The notes beneath the pieces were generated by a model. It did not search any database and was not told the origin of the DNA. It saw only the letters and a list, made by a program, of their open reading frames with translations. A stretch of 64,000 nt of DNA from positions 1,603,062 to 1,667,061 of the forward strand of contig MU057809.1 of the NCBI GenBank assembly GCA_013265495.1, in the 5' to 3' direction. Positions 10,285 through 22,597 of this stretch are shown here, in pieces. Origin of the DNA: Vicugna vicugna. Lineage: Eukaryota. Each line of letters opens with the position of its first letter. The stretch's first letter is position 1. Made by a program: the position numbers and the translations under genes.

Positions 10285-13200
10285 TGCCAAATAAGAGCTA
10301 CGCCTCCTGAGAAAATCACACGGATCCCAGCCACAGACTTCCGAGCCCTCCAGTCGGAGCGATTCCTTATCTGCTGGTTGCTGCTGCTTTTTTCTACATA
10401 CAAAGCCAGAGTGAGCAAGCAGTCAGCCAGGACTGAGTACAGCCTGCGAACAAAGTCCCGCGGGGGCAGAAACAAACGGCGCAATTCCAGGAGGCGCACA
10501 GGAGGTGGGCAATCCCCGGCCTGCCGCGCTACGTCCTGCCTTGGATCCTCGGCGCTGCCCCTCCCCTTCAGCCCACCCCTGGTCACGGCTCCAGCCTCTG
10601 CCACATCCACCGGAGCCTGTCTCTTCTCTTTAGCCCTCATTATCCCATATGCACCCCCGACCCCATCTCGAGTGGCAGCCAAACTTCCCAGTCATCATCC
10701 CAGGAATGTCCTGCCCTCAGCACAGGGCACTGCCCCCCACCCCCGGGCGTCTCCTCGGGCACCAGGCCACCTGCAGTACTTCTCGAGGTGCTCCCTCCAT
10801 CCCCTGCAGGTGGCCTAGGCAAAGGGCCGGTGGCTTCCCTGGGATGAAAATGTCTCACCCTGACAGCTTTCAGCAGAGGAGGAAGCGGCAGCAGGCAGTC
10901 AGGATTTGGGTGGGCGGGGGCGCGGCATGCTTACTGAACCCAGGAACCAAGCACAAGGCGAACGCTCCCCCTCCCCAGGCCCTGCCACAAGTCCACGCTT
11001 CCAGCTTGCACCCCCAGGGCAGGGAGCCTGGGGAAGGCAGACCCCTCCTGCATTGCCAACGGATACCGCTTTCCTCCCTGCCCTCTGCAGCTCTCGCGTC
11101 CCCGCCACTACTGCAGGGGAGCTTCGTGAAAAGCACAGCTAGGAACGAGAGATTTCAATCGTTCTGAAATGTGTGTCAATTTATCACACTGGCTCTTTAT
11201 GAGCATTTGCTCCGTCTGGATTCCAGAGACGTGCACACAGCAGACTGACAGCTCCGATGGTCTCTGTGAACCGTGGCCGGACCCCCACTGCCAAACCTAA
11301 ATCCCGGAGTGCAGCGCCCTCTCTCGTCTCGGGAACTGCCGCCTTGCTGCGGCCGGCCCTGACGGTAACGAAATACTCTTTTCCCTGCAGCTGCCTGCAA
11401 GCCCACCTTCACTCCAGGGGATGTCAAGTCACCGAGCACACAGCTCGTTCAAATTCTGGACCCTTCTGTGCTTTCAGGGAGAGACTCTTGGCTTCATCTG
11501 TGGGCTTGATAAATTCTCCACCTTTGACATATTCCTCACCATCTTGGTTATCGTTTTATTACCTGGCTTCAGTATCTGGGTGGGGAGAACTTGGAGGGTC
11601 CCCGGTCCCTGTCTGAGATCTCCATGTTGGTCTGAAGACTCAAGTCACAGCCATGCCACCCAACGTGTGGTGGGTTTTCAATACACGTTTGCTGAGTTGA
11701 CTGCTCTGACGATCTGAGGCTTTATGATGCAAACATTCCATTGGTGCAGAACTGTTTTCAGGAGTCACTCAGTCTGGAGGGACTGAGTGAGTGCCAGCGG
11801 TGTGACCAGCCCGGGCCGGCTGCTCTGTGCGCCCCGCCCCAGGCAGCGCGGCCGCCCCTTCACGCCACCAGCAGGCTGTGCACGGACCCCCGCGCTTTCC
11901 ACCCTGGTTCGTCCTTACTTCTGTGTCTGCTGCAAGTTCCTTGGGAGGAGGACTGTCACTCTCACTTGTGAATCTCCAGCCGATGCCTGGCACGCAGGGA
12001 CCTCCCCGCACACCTGCTGAACGCGGCCACCGTCTCCTTCCAGAGTCCAGCGTGGAGACAGACGCGGTTCCATCACGCAGAAGCAGCCCCGAAGCGGGAC
12101 ACAGAGTGTGTGTTTTGTGGAGAAGTTAAATTCTGGCACAGGAGAGGTGGGCACAGGAGACCGCAAGTTCCCTCTGGTGTGGGGTCTGAGGGAGGCAGTT
12201 TGAAGGGACAGAACAGGACACGGGGAAGGCACAGCCCTAAACGCGAGCACTTACAAGCAGCGTCCACTCCTGGGAGCCTCTGGGGCCGGCGTGTGAGTGC
12301 GGGGTGAGCCCAGCGGCCCTGAGAATCTTCTAAGTGAAAAGGCTGGATCCTTGCATTTTGAAGGAAAGGTCACCAGCGTCATCAAATAAGAGCGCACTCG
12401 GGAAGCAGCCGAGAACGACAGTTGGAAGGGTCTGCGGGAGCCACGTGCAGACTTACGTCTTCCGTCTCGCTTGGCTGGCACCGGCGTCCCACAGGAGCCT
12501 GAGACAAGGTTACAGGGTAGGCTGCGCGGCGGCCGAGGCCTCTGGGCGCCGGCGGCGGGGGGTGTCTGTGGAGTTGGGTAACGAGAGCACTTTAGAGCAG
12601 ACTCGAAGCAGGAGGGTAGGAAGCCCATTCACTCATTCACTCACTCATTCATCCACTGGACTAAGAAGGTCCAGGAGGGAGAAAGACAGGTGAGGATGAG
12701 ACACTGGGATGTTCACACACACTGAGGGGTGATCAGCGCAGAGCAAAGGAGGCAGACAGGGGAACTCGAAGGAACAAAGGTAAGAAAGTCTCGCAGGTTC
12801 ATGGAAGAAGAGGCGGGAGGGAGATGGAGCGGTGCCTGGTGTGAAAGGGAGAGGCGTCAGGCGGAGTCTGGCAGGCAGCCCAGCCCGGCCCTGATCTTGA
12901 AGGTGAGCAGCAGCTCCGAGGATGCAAATCAGAGGCAGGGCACAGCGAGGCGGGGATGGGGACGCGGGCCTCTGGGCACCTCCTGCAGCTCAGACGGAGT
13001 TATCTCCAGGGCCCAGAGCCGGCCTCCTTTGAGGCCTCAGAGGGAGCTGCACACAGAGCAGACATGCGTCTCTTCCCTCTGTATGTATGAGACACACTGA
13101 AAGTCCATTTAGGATGGACGTGGCGATCAATTTAAAATGCATTTTGAGTTGGGGGGCTGTCTGTTTTATGCAATGTCACAGGGACAGTTAAACGCCGTCA

Positions 13201-13974
13201 CACTTCTAAACACATTTCCATGTGTTTGAAAATAACTCTGCCAGCGACTTCAACCAGCTAGGAGGCTGGTATCGAGAGAAACGCACATTCCAGGTTTCCT
13301 TCTGCGGCATGGGGTGCTGGCGTCGGCGCGTGAGGGGGCTTCTGTCCCCAGCTTCCGAATTCTCCCATCACTGTCCAGGGCGAAGAGCAACAGCTGAAGT
13401 CAGGGAGGTGACCCCGGCCGCAGCAGGGGAGCGGGGCTCCAGCCTCCCTGCACACGGGACCCCCAGCGCCTCTTTCTTGGGAGGCCTTCGGACTGGTGCA
13501 GGAATCAGCAGGCCAGGCTTTTACGCAGACCTCCGTGCACACCCCGAGGTGTTCAAGGCTCGAGGACAGAACTGTACTTTCTCATGCCTCGTCCCTGGGC
13601 GGATTTCCAGGCAGCAGAAGAAAGAAAAGTGGGAGCTGGTTTGAAAGTTGGGGGAGAGGGGCTTCGCAAAGACAGGCAGTCTCTGCAGACTTCCTCCACC
13701 ATCCCCTTAGAGGTGGGGGGCTGGGGTTCCACACGCAGGGCCCCCCAACAAGCAAGAGGTAGCCCCTTCCCTCGAGAGTTTAAAATACATTGCACTTGTT
13801 GCTGTGAAGTGACGTCATTTCCCCAAAAAAGACAGGGGCTGTGGTGGTGGTGTGTGGGGGGGATTGCAGGAATTCTGCTCTTGTCAAACAAAAAGAGTCA
13901 AATCAAAAAATCTTTCCATAAAGAGACAAAACCAGCAGCTTCTGCTTCTCTGTGTTCCGGTGGAAAGGGTGGTC

Positions 13975-14128
13975 TTGAAGTGGGGGAGTCCTGGGCTCTG
14001 CCATCTTTGGCTGTGTGGCCTTGGGCATGCTGCTCAACCTCTCTGAGCCCCCATTTACTGTCCTGTAGAATTGGACACGCAGCACCCAGCTGTGGCGCAC
14101 ATGGCAGGCGCTTAACCACTAGCACTTA
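13975..14128 (+). mobile_element. MIR SINE
   Basis: GGCTGTGTGGCCTTGGGCATGCTGCTCAACCTCTCTGAGCCCCCATT. Confidence 0.7.
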
Positions 14129-16171
14129 GTCGACCCCTTTGGAAGCCGGTGGCAAACTCGCGATGGGGGAGAAGCCTCTGCCTCGGCATCCTGCATAGTT
14201 ACCTCCACACCAAACAGATTTTCGAGAACAGCTTTAAAGATCTATGCTCAATCCTTTTTTTCTGGGCTTCTGATTTGCAGCTCACCCCGCTGGTGCTGTT
14301 AGCATCTGTCCACCACGTTGCTCACTATCCCCTGGGCAGGACTATCTCCTTTTTCCTTGTCTGCCCGGTGGCCTAGTAAGCGTCCTTCACAAACGGGCGT
14401 TTAATATTTATAAAGTGATTGATTTCCAATGGTAAGTACTGGCTCTCTTTTCCTTGTTACAGTTTCCTCTCTTTAGTGGCTAAGACCTTCATCTCCGTGT
14501 GTGGGGAGGGACTTCACCGTGACAGCCGCTGACAGGATCACATGTCCTTCATTCGTACCCAGCATGTTTTGCTGCGCCTGCAATTCAGATCTGAGCACCC
14601 ATCCATCCGGTACCCTCGATCAGTCATGGACTGGAAGTTTAGAATACCCTTCACTCCAGCTTCGGATCTGCAGGGACAGAGCCATCTTGTCACAAATCAC
14701 CTCTACTGGGTGAAACGTGGAAAAGCCAGCAGGCCCTCCGTGCTGCTGGGGAGAAGCCTTCCCTTGCTGGGGCTGCCAAACATCGCATCCGTGTGCAACT
14801 GGATTTTTGCAACGTGCTCCTTCCCTGGGGCACTCTCGGAGTCTGAAGGACCTGCTGCATCTTCAAGGAGAGCCCAGCCTAACCGCTGGCGTGCTGGAGT
14901 TCAGTTTCATTTGTGGAATCCTAATCCTTTGAGAATGGATAACCCACCACCAGCCAGCATCTTTGGGAGTCTGTCTAACGCGTCACTCCATCACCGTGGG
15001 AGGTAGCGGAGGTTTAAGACACCTCTGCACCAGCTGCCCCTCGGAAGGCTTGAGGCCAGACCACGCCTGGGGCGCTGTGGTGTCCGACGCCTAGCGGGCA
15101 CTCGCTCCAGATCAGAGGAGGGGCCCCGAACGACTCAGTCCCCAAACCCACAGCAGACGGCGAGGGTGGAGGCAGGCGGGGTCTCAGAGGAGACTGCTGG
15201 AGTGCAAAGGGCCGGAAAACCTGCCCTCCACAAGTTCCGTGCTGTGGGCTGTCGCCTGATCCAGGGCTGCTCTAGACCACGGCCCTCTTCCTGGCAGAAA
15301 AGGAACCATTAAGACGCGGTGGGTGGGACACTGCAGGGTCCAGCAGCGAGTTTTCGTTTTTAACTGGCCAGGAGAGGAAGACAGGCTCAATGGGCGGCAC
15401 ATGTGCTCGTTCTGGGAGAGGATTCACGCACAGCCAAGTGGGGAACAGCACCAACAGCAACCTCCCGGTCCTTCCGGGACCGATGGCCCGGCCTGTGGAG
15501 GTTCCCGGCACCGGCTTGTCCCACCCCCGCTCTTCTGCGTCTCGTGGCAACATCGCCATTCACTGGAGACATTTTCAGATGCGTACAGCGCGATGCCTCC
15601 ACCCAGCACTCTTACTGCCCCTGCACTTACAACAGTGAGCGCTTCCATGCGAGCGGAGTGAAATTCCACCAGCATTCCTCTCCTGAGATGCTCTGCCAAA
15701 GAGATGGCGGGGGAGCAGGTGAGCTGAAATGCGTTTGTTCAGCATCTGCTACGTTGGAGAACAGGCTTGTGCATTCAGTTAAGCGTCAGGCTTCACGTTC
15801 GGGGAGGGAGGAGGAGGAAGAGAGACTCAGAAGGGTCTCTCGACTCAAAATTAACCCCGAAGTAAACAGCTCTCTGGTGGAACGGGCCCCTCCCGCCCTA
15901 CCACCCCCCGCAGCCCACGTTTTGGTTAGCTCTGCGTTATTCTGGCTCCCCTTACTTTGGATAACCCAGTCCTGCCTGTAATTAGTGGTCAGAATGCACT
16001 ACCTATCGGCAGCTGGAGAAGGCTGCCCGGCGCTGCAGTCTGGGGCGCTCAGTGTTACCTGCACAAGATGGAGCTGCCCCAGGGGTGCGTGAGGGCCACT
16101 GGCCAAGTTCCCGTGTCTCCCACCTCCCTCTGCCCAGCTCCCCTGTGAACCCTCAGTGCCAGGGACCCTTA

Positions 16172-16570
16172 AAACAATGGAATACTGTTCGGTCGTGAAA
16201 AAGGAACGAAGTACGATCCACGCTACCACCCGGACGAAACACAACGCATGAACTGAGTGAAAGAGACCAGACGCCAAAGGCCACGCATTGTGTGATTCCA
16301 CTGAGGTGAAGTGTGCAGAGCAGGCAATTCCAAACGGGCAGAAAGCTGGCCGGCGGTGGCCGGGAGCTGGGGTGGGGGACGGTGAGGGTGACCACTGCCG
16401 GGTACGGGGCTTCATTTGGGGGTGACGAGCACGTTTTGGGACTAGATAGAGGTGGTGGTCGCGTGACACTGTGAACGTGTTAAATACCAGGAATTGCTCA
16501 CTTTAAACTGGTGAGTTTTGTTATGCAGATTTCACCTCAATCAAATCAAATCAAATCAAATCAACAAAAA
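16172..16570 (+). mobile_element. L1MB-type 3' end with (TCAAA)n tail
   Basis: ACAATGGAATACTG, GAGTGAAAGAGACCAGAC...AAAGGCCAC, TTTGGGGGTGA, CACTTTAAACTGGTGA; TCAAA repeat at 16537-16564. Confidence 0.85.
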
Positions 16571-19500
16571 CAGCTCCAACTTCTTGGGCACGGGGGATTG
16601 TGCCAGGCCACCCACCAAGACTAACCCCCCCCTCCCCAGCCTTCAGCAGCCAGGCTGGAAGGCACTGTGAACTCTGGGGAAGAAATAAGGAGACTGCGGC
16701 CAGGGAGGGGCGCCGTGGGGAGGGGAGCGGAGGGGTCCTGCGGTCTCGTGCCGCTGGCTCGCCCAGCCTCAGGCTCCGGGAGACTTGGGAATCAGGAGAA
16801 GTCCCTGTGTCCAGGAAACGGCCAGAGAGAGGCAGAGGCAGCTGAGGAAGGTGGGGTGAAGCTTTGAAGAGAGGATGGTGATGGAGAAAAGGGAACAGGA
16901 ACTCAGCGTTTTGTTTGATACCGACAGGTGCGTGGCCGAGAAAGGGACGGAGAAATGAAGCAAGACACAGTACAGGGAGGAGAGCGGGTGGCAGGAACCT
17001 GGGCGCGGGAGGCGTTGGGGGGGGGCTGCTCTGGTCAATTATGTCCCTTCTCTGATGGTCCCGAGCCCATGAACACCGCACAGGAACCTGAGTCACTTCC
17101 CGCCATCCGGCCCACCTGCTTTAAAGCCACGCGCCACGTCGAAACGTGTAAACACTGAGACTCACATTTTCCACGTGTCTGGGCGAGCTCAGGAGGGCAG
17201 GGAAGGCGATGCGCGGAGCACCTTCGCACGCGCGGACTCCCCTCCGCAGGAGCGCTGCACCACACGCCTCTGAACAGGCGGCCGTGCCCCAGTGCCTCTG
17301 CCCGAGCCCGCTGGTGGGCGCTGCCTTCTGCTTTCCCTGCCACCGGGCGCCGGCGGGCACCAGCCGTGCTCTCCTGCTGTTTTACGCCTCCTGCACAGCT
17401 GTGACGGAGTCACACGCCCGAGTCCCCACCAAACATAACTGATGGGAATCCGGGAATCTGGATAGCTTCTTGCCACATAAGCAAAAGCTTGTAAGTCAGA
17501 TGCAAACCAGAAAGACTTTTTTTGCATGTGCCAATTGATACAGTCACCAATAATTAAGTAAGGCACACATTAGAACCGCACCCAGACCCTGTGGATGGTT
17601 TTGGACTTAACGTCGTTAGGGACGAGGTCAGTTAGCAGTGGAGTGGGGGGACCCCACTGCTTTCACGATCACTGAACGAGTCCACACAGGCAGCCAGGCT
17701 CGTGGGTGGCTGGGGCTGCAACCTTCTGCATCAAGGGGTGTTGTCTGCTGTGTGAACGAGAGGCTATGAATTTATTCATTTCTCATTGTAAAGGACACCT
17801 CCATGACCAAGCCGACTTCTTCAGACCAGTGATGTCAGTTTGAACACCGCCCCCCACCCCAAAGTAGACTCCAGGCTATAATAAGCAAAAGACCCTGCAG
17901 GGGCTGTAAGTTTGCAAAAGTTCCTTCAACCCCCAGGACTCAGTGGATTCCTGAAGCATTTCATTAGGAAATGAGGAACCTTCTCAGACGCCTCTGAGAG
18001 ATGCTACAGGGGAGGAGGAGCCTCCTCCCGGGGGCCTGGGCCTTCTGCCTGCTCAGGAGCCCCACACGGCAATGCTCCTCCCGGGGCTCTGGGTCAGAGG
18101 TCTCCCACCTGGTTCGGCCCGCAGTCTGTCTCTCATTGCGTTTTGCTGGCGTCAGGGGCTGGGCCTGCGGTTAGCTGTCGGAGGACGGTTTAGCAACAGG
18201 CTCATTTCTTTGCAAACGGAATCTTAATAAACCTCAGAGGAGCTGATTGAAAGGCGCTCCCCGGGGAGGGCAGGACCCCCAGAGAGCACACAGCGGTGCG
18301 GCTGTGAGCTCCGGGGGAAGGCGAGCGCCCTGGCTTTCGGGGACAGATGCTCACACGCCTCCTCTGCGCCCAGCTGGGGCCGTGGGCCTCTCTCTCCTTC
18401 CGCAGGAACGCCCCGCCCCCACGCCTCGGCCCTCTGCACCGTCCTCCCTCGGAAGAAAGTTAAAAAACCCAGCACGTAAAAATGAGCGCGTTCTGGTCCA
18501 AGTCGATCATCAGGCATTTATTGAAGGGCTTCTCTGGGCCCAATTCCACGCTCTGCGCAGTCAAAGCTGCTGCATAAAATAGCTGCCCCAGCCCCGCTGT
18601 CCAGGGTCTCCCGTGTCGTTTGGGAAATTAAGACGAGAAAGGAGCACCGTGCAGCCGTGAGCACACGGCGCGGCCGAAGGCACGACTGCCAGGCGAGCGG
18701 GCGGGGGGCGCAGGCCACTCCGAACTCCGCAGAAGATCCTCCCTGACCCAGGCTGCGGACTCCCCAGCTCGGCACCCGTGTGTCAGTCAGAGCGCCGGCC
18801 AGTCGGAAAGTATACTCACGTGTTTGCAAACTAGCTCGGCCCCAGCCCCGGCTGGGGGTCTCTCCGCCGTCCTCTCAGATTCCCTCTCCTCCAGCGCGCT
18901 GGCTGCCGGGCCCCCAGAAAGTGCTGATGCTGCAAGGAGCCTGGCCAGCCACCCCCCCCCCGGAAGCCCGCACAACACCCCACTCAGAGGCTGCCTCTAT
19001 TTTTAGCAGGAGCAGAGGTGGGGGCTGGGGTGGGCGCAGTACTTCCCTTTTTATTTTTGTTCTGAGCAGAGGCTGTGGGTGACTTTGTGCAGAAGGTGGG
19101 GCTGGGAGGAGAGGAGGGGCTGTGCCCTCTCTGGCAGGCGGGGCGCTGCAGAGAACTGGGTCCTGTCTGCCCTGGGGGGCGGCGAGGATGGGGGGCGGGG
19201 GGGGACGGGGAACAGGCAGGGCTCAGGCTCGACCCAGCGCCACCCTTCCTGCTGACCCCTGCTGCAGTGCCGGACCTCACCGGGGACACCAGGTCCTGAC
19301 TAGGAGAGGTGTTGAGGAGGAAGGCCGGCTGGCGGGAAATGAGGGCCTAGAACGTTCCAGGGAGGGTGCTTCCATAAGCCTCGCAGGGGGCTGCCCACAG
19401 CCACACCCACCGTCACTCTTTTCTCCTCTCGACATCTCGGACTCCCCCGTCCACACCCTCCGTGGACAGTGACCCAGCTCCTCTGACAATGGTGTCTCCT

Positions 19501-19858
19501 ATCTGACCAGCCCACCTGGACCTCACTGCAGCACCGCCGGGACCACCCGATTCCCTGGGGAGGTCCTGTGTGTAGATGCCTGGAGGTGGACTGGTTAACC
19601 CTCTGAGAGCGAGCTAGCAAGGGAGTGGGTGGGGGACCGGGGAGACGTGCGAAGGTGGCCGGTCCCAGCACCCAGCGGTGACCCTAAAGGCTGGCCCCGC
19701 CCCCTTTCCTAGAAGCCGGCGATGCCCCTCCATCCCACACAGCCAGTTTCTCACCCTAAGCCCCTCGGCCCTGCACAGCAGAGCCCAGATCTACCATTTC
19801 AGCCTAATTCCTCTCTATTTCTCAGCCTGTAAGCCTTTCCACTCCCTTTCTTTTCCAC

Positions 19859-19881
19859 AAAAAAAAAAAAAAAAAAAAAAA
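19859..19881 (+). repeat. Poly(A) run (23 nt)
   Basis: Direct observation. Confidence 0.95.
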
Positions 19882-19894
19882 TCAGTGTGATCAG

Positions 19895-20460
19895 TAAGCT
19901 ACCTGCATCTTAAGTATCCAGTTTAATGAGTTTTGAAAAGAAGACATCCCGTCACCAAAACCCAAAACAAAAAACGGAGCAGTCTTTTCCCTCCTGCCTA
20001 CCACCACCCCCTCCCCGGGAGCAGGCGCGCCTGTGCTTGCTATCAGCCTGGCTGCCTTCTGGATCGCAGGAAAGCCGAGCAGCACCGCTAGCGCTCTCGG
20101 GGGCCTGGCTCGTGCCTCCGGGCACTTGGAGGTGCATCCGCAGCGCCTTGCCCCTGTCCATCCCCTGACGTTGGACCTTGGATTATCCATTCACCTGCTG
20201 ACGGACAGCTGGGCTGTTGCCCCAACCTGACTACTGGGACACCCTTGCATGAATCTCTGGAGGAGGAGGGGTGTAAGTCGTCCTGTCTTTTGAGTGAAGG
20301 ATTGCTAGGTCATACGGCAGGTGCATGCTTTGTAGGAAACGGCCACTCCCTTTCCCAGAGTGGCGCTACCATCCTGCCTTCCTACCAGCAGTGGACAGTT
20401 CAGCCCTCGTTAGCGCTTGGCGGTCAGGTTTTCTACCTCAGGCTAACTCGCCGACTAGTG
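19895..20460 (-). mobile_element. Old L1 (L1ME/MC-like) 3' region
   Basis: CTTAAGTATCCAGTTTAATGAGTTTTGA, TATCCATTCACCTGCTGACGGACAGCTGGG, GATTGCTAGGTCATACGG, CCTTCCTACCAGCAGTG. Confidence 0.65.
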
Positions 20461-20519
20461 ACACTGTTCCCCTACTCAGCACACCTGTGACTTCCCTCCT
20501 CCCACCCCCGCCCACCCAC

Positions 20520-20859
20520 TGTCCAGAACTTCAGGGTGGACCACTTTTTGGAAAGAAAGTCTTTGCAGATGTAGGTAAGATGAAGTCTTCCTGGATTAGG
20601 GCAGGCCCTAAATCCAACAACATACAGAGACGAGGAAAGACAGCCCCGTGACGATGGAGACAGAGACGGAGACACGGACCCCTGGAGCCACCAGAAAGCG
20701 GGAGCGGCAGGGAAGGGTCCCAGAGCCTCTGGAGGCAGCACAGCCCTGCCTTGACTTCACCTTGATTTCAGACCTCTGGCCCGGCTGTGAGGGAACACGT
20801 TTGTTTTAACCCATCCAGCTCATGGGAATTTGTTATAGCAGCTTCAGGAAACAAACACA
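20520..20859 (+). mobile_element. MaLR LTR (MLT1C/D-like)
   Basis: GTCTTTGCAGATGTA, GGATTAGGGCAGGCCCTAAATCCAA, CACCTTGATTTCAGACCTCTGGCC, ATTTGTTATAGCAGC...GGAAACAAACACA. Confidence 0.85.
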
Positions 20860-21074
20860 CCCACTAACATCTCCAACCATGTCTCCCAGTCAAACTCCTA
20901 TCCAGCCTCAAAGGCCTCCCTCATCAACGCCTCCTTCTCCGAGAAGCCCTCCCTGACTGCCCTCATCTCATGTGTCTCCTCCCCACTAGGCACCTGCAGA
21001 CAGGACCCCCAGTGGCTATGGGCAGGACTCTGTGGCCACCAGTGATCAACTGCGTCACCTTGGGCAAGTCAGGA

Positions 21075-21400
21075 GCTGGCAGGACACATGTTCTAAAGCT
21101 GGGTCTGGGGAGAGTGTGACAAAGGGCCAACCTGCAAAGATGTGGTGGTGGTGCTGTCCCCTGGGGCTGCCACCACTGGAGTTCCCGCTGGACTGAAGGG
21201 CTGGAGGAAGGCAGGAGTGGGCACTGCAGCCCCCAGTCACCCCCAGGGAGGGCCCAGGGGACTAACTGCCCAACCTCCGTCCTCCCTGTGCTGTCCATCG
21301 GCCAAACCCGAGTAGAAGCCAAAGTCAGAGAACCACGGATGGGGTCACTGAGCTCAGCCTCTGGGCACAGCAGGTGGGAGTGTGTCTGTAGGGCACAGGG
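21075..21400 (-). mobile_element. ERVL-type LTR relic (LTR33/LTR41-like)
   Basis: CCATCGGCCAAACCCGAGTAGAAGCCAAAG and CTCAGCCTCTGGGCACAG resemble this LTR group. Confidence 0.45.
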
Positions 21401-21991
21401 AGGCCTTCAGTACATTCCGAGTGCTGGGTTTCTCCTCTGTTGCGTGGAGACAATGACAGTGCCAACCTCGCAGGGGAGCGTGAAGACGAGGAGCTGCTGC
21501 TTGGAGACGACAGGCCAGCAGTTACCCCTGGAGCGCGTGGGGCCCAGTGGCTGTGTGCTCTCCGTCAGGGACGCCCGCCCAGCTCTGCTCAGCCTCCCAG
21601 CCTCCTCCCCAGGGGCAGAGCTTCCCGCTTCTCCTGGTCATCCTCCCACGTTCTAGGTGCTTAAAGCACAACTGCTGCCTTGAACTGAAATGAGGAAGCA
21701 GCAGTGAGCCCCATCCTCGCTGGGCAGGGGCCGGCCTCAGCAGGATCTCTTGGAGGTGATGGGTCTTCCTTTTTCTCAGCCTGATTCTGAGAGCCGTCCC
21801 CCCCGGAGAGGAGCCCTGCTGAGACGCACCTTCTGTGATTCTCCTGGACGTCCCGAAAACGAGGCTCCGAGAAGTTGCAGGAGTTCTTCGAGGTCACACG
21901 GTGGCTTAGTCCCCGGGGATTATACATGAAACTACCACCGCAGCGGCGGCTTAAACAGCCCAGGGCTAACTTCCCCCAGTCCTGGAGGTGG

Positions 21992-22597
21992 TGAGGTGGG
22001 AAGCCCCATAAAAAGACTGGTAGGACCCCCAAACTGGGTTACCACTCTCCTGCCAGCACCATCCGGCTCCCTGGCCCAGAAACGCTCTCTCAACTTTTTG
22101 CCTCTGAAACGGCTTACCCCTAAAATTCTATTGGCTCCCTGAGCTCACTTCTGATTGGTTATTTCCTTCACTCCTGATTGGTTATTACTCTCACTTCTGA
22201 TTGGTCCACTTCCCTAACTTCTGATTGGTCCACTTGTAGTACTTCATTTGCATGGAACTCACTCCTGATTGGTTATTTCTCTCACTCCTGATTGGTCCAT
22301 TCCCCTCACTCCTGATTGGTTATTTCTCTCACTCCTGACCGGTCTAGTTCTACAAAGCTTGTTCCTGGTTGGTCAACTTGTTATACTTTATTTGCATATG
22401 ATGTTGCAAAATGTAAAACTGGCAGCCTATAAAGGCCTGTGTAAACCTACAGATGGGGTCCCAGGCTTGGAGTGTTAACTTCTCCGTGTGCGCTTGTGTA
22501 ATAAACCTGAGTTCTCCAACTCTCCAAGTGCTGTTTGGTCTCTTGCACGAATCCAGATTGCTGTCACCACTGAGCTGAAACACGTTTTTCTGCAACA
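21992..22597 (+). mobile_element. Intact solo ERV1-type LTR (606 bp) with tandem CCAAT array
   Basis: TG...CA termini; 4-bp TSD GTGG (21988-21991, 22598-22601); TATAAA at 22428-22433; AATAAA at 22500-22505. Confidence 0.9.
22144..22372 (+). repeat. ~23-24 bp tandem repeat (CTCACTYCTGATTGGTY...) in LTR U3
   Basis: CTGATTGG at 22151, 22174, 22197, 22221, 22265, 22288 and 22312; variants at 22335 and 22365. Confidence 0.95.

Noticed and set aside
11421..11575. Protein-like minus-strand frame (NDNQDGEEYVKGGEFIKPTDEAKSLSLKAQKGPEFERAVCSVT*)
   Set aside because: In-frame stop codons lie between it and the only good acceptor, I recognise no homologue, and there are no supporting exons; a tblastn hit would reopen it
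19859..19881. Poly(A) run as a processed-pseudogene tail (likewise the T run at 48448-48471)
   Set aside because: No adjacent mRNA-like body, polyadenylation signal or TSD was identifiable
22144..22372. Regularly spaced CTGATTGG repeats resembling a CRISPR array
   Set aside because: The intervening bases are near-identical rather than unique spacers, the period is only 23-24 bp, the array sits inside a retroviral LTR in mammalian DNA, and there are no cas genes
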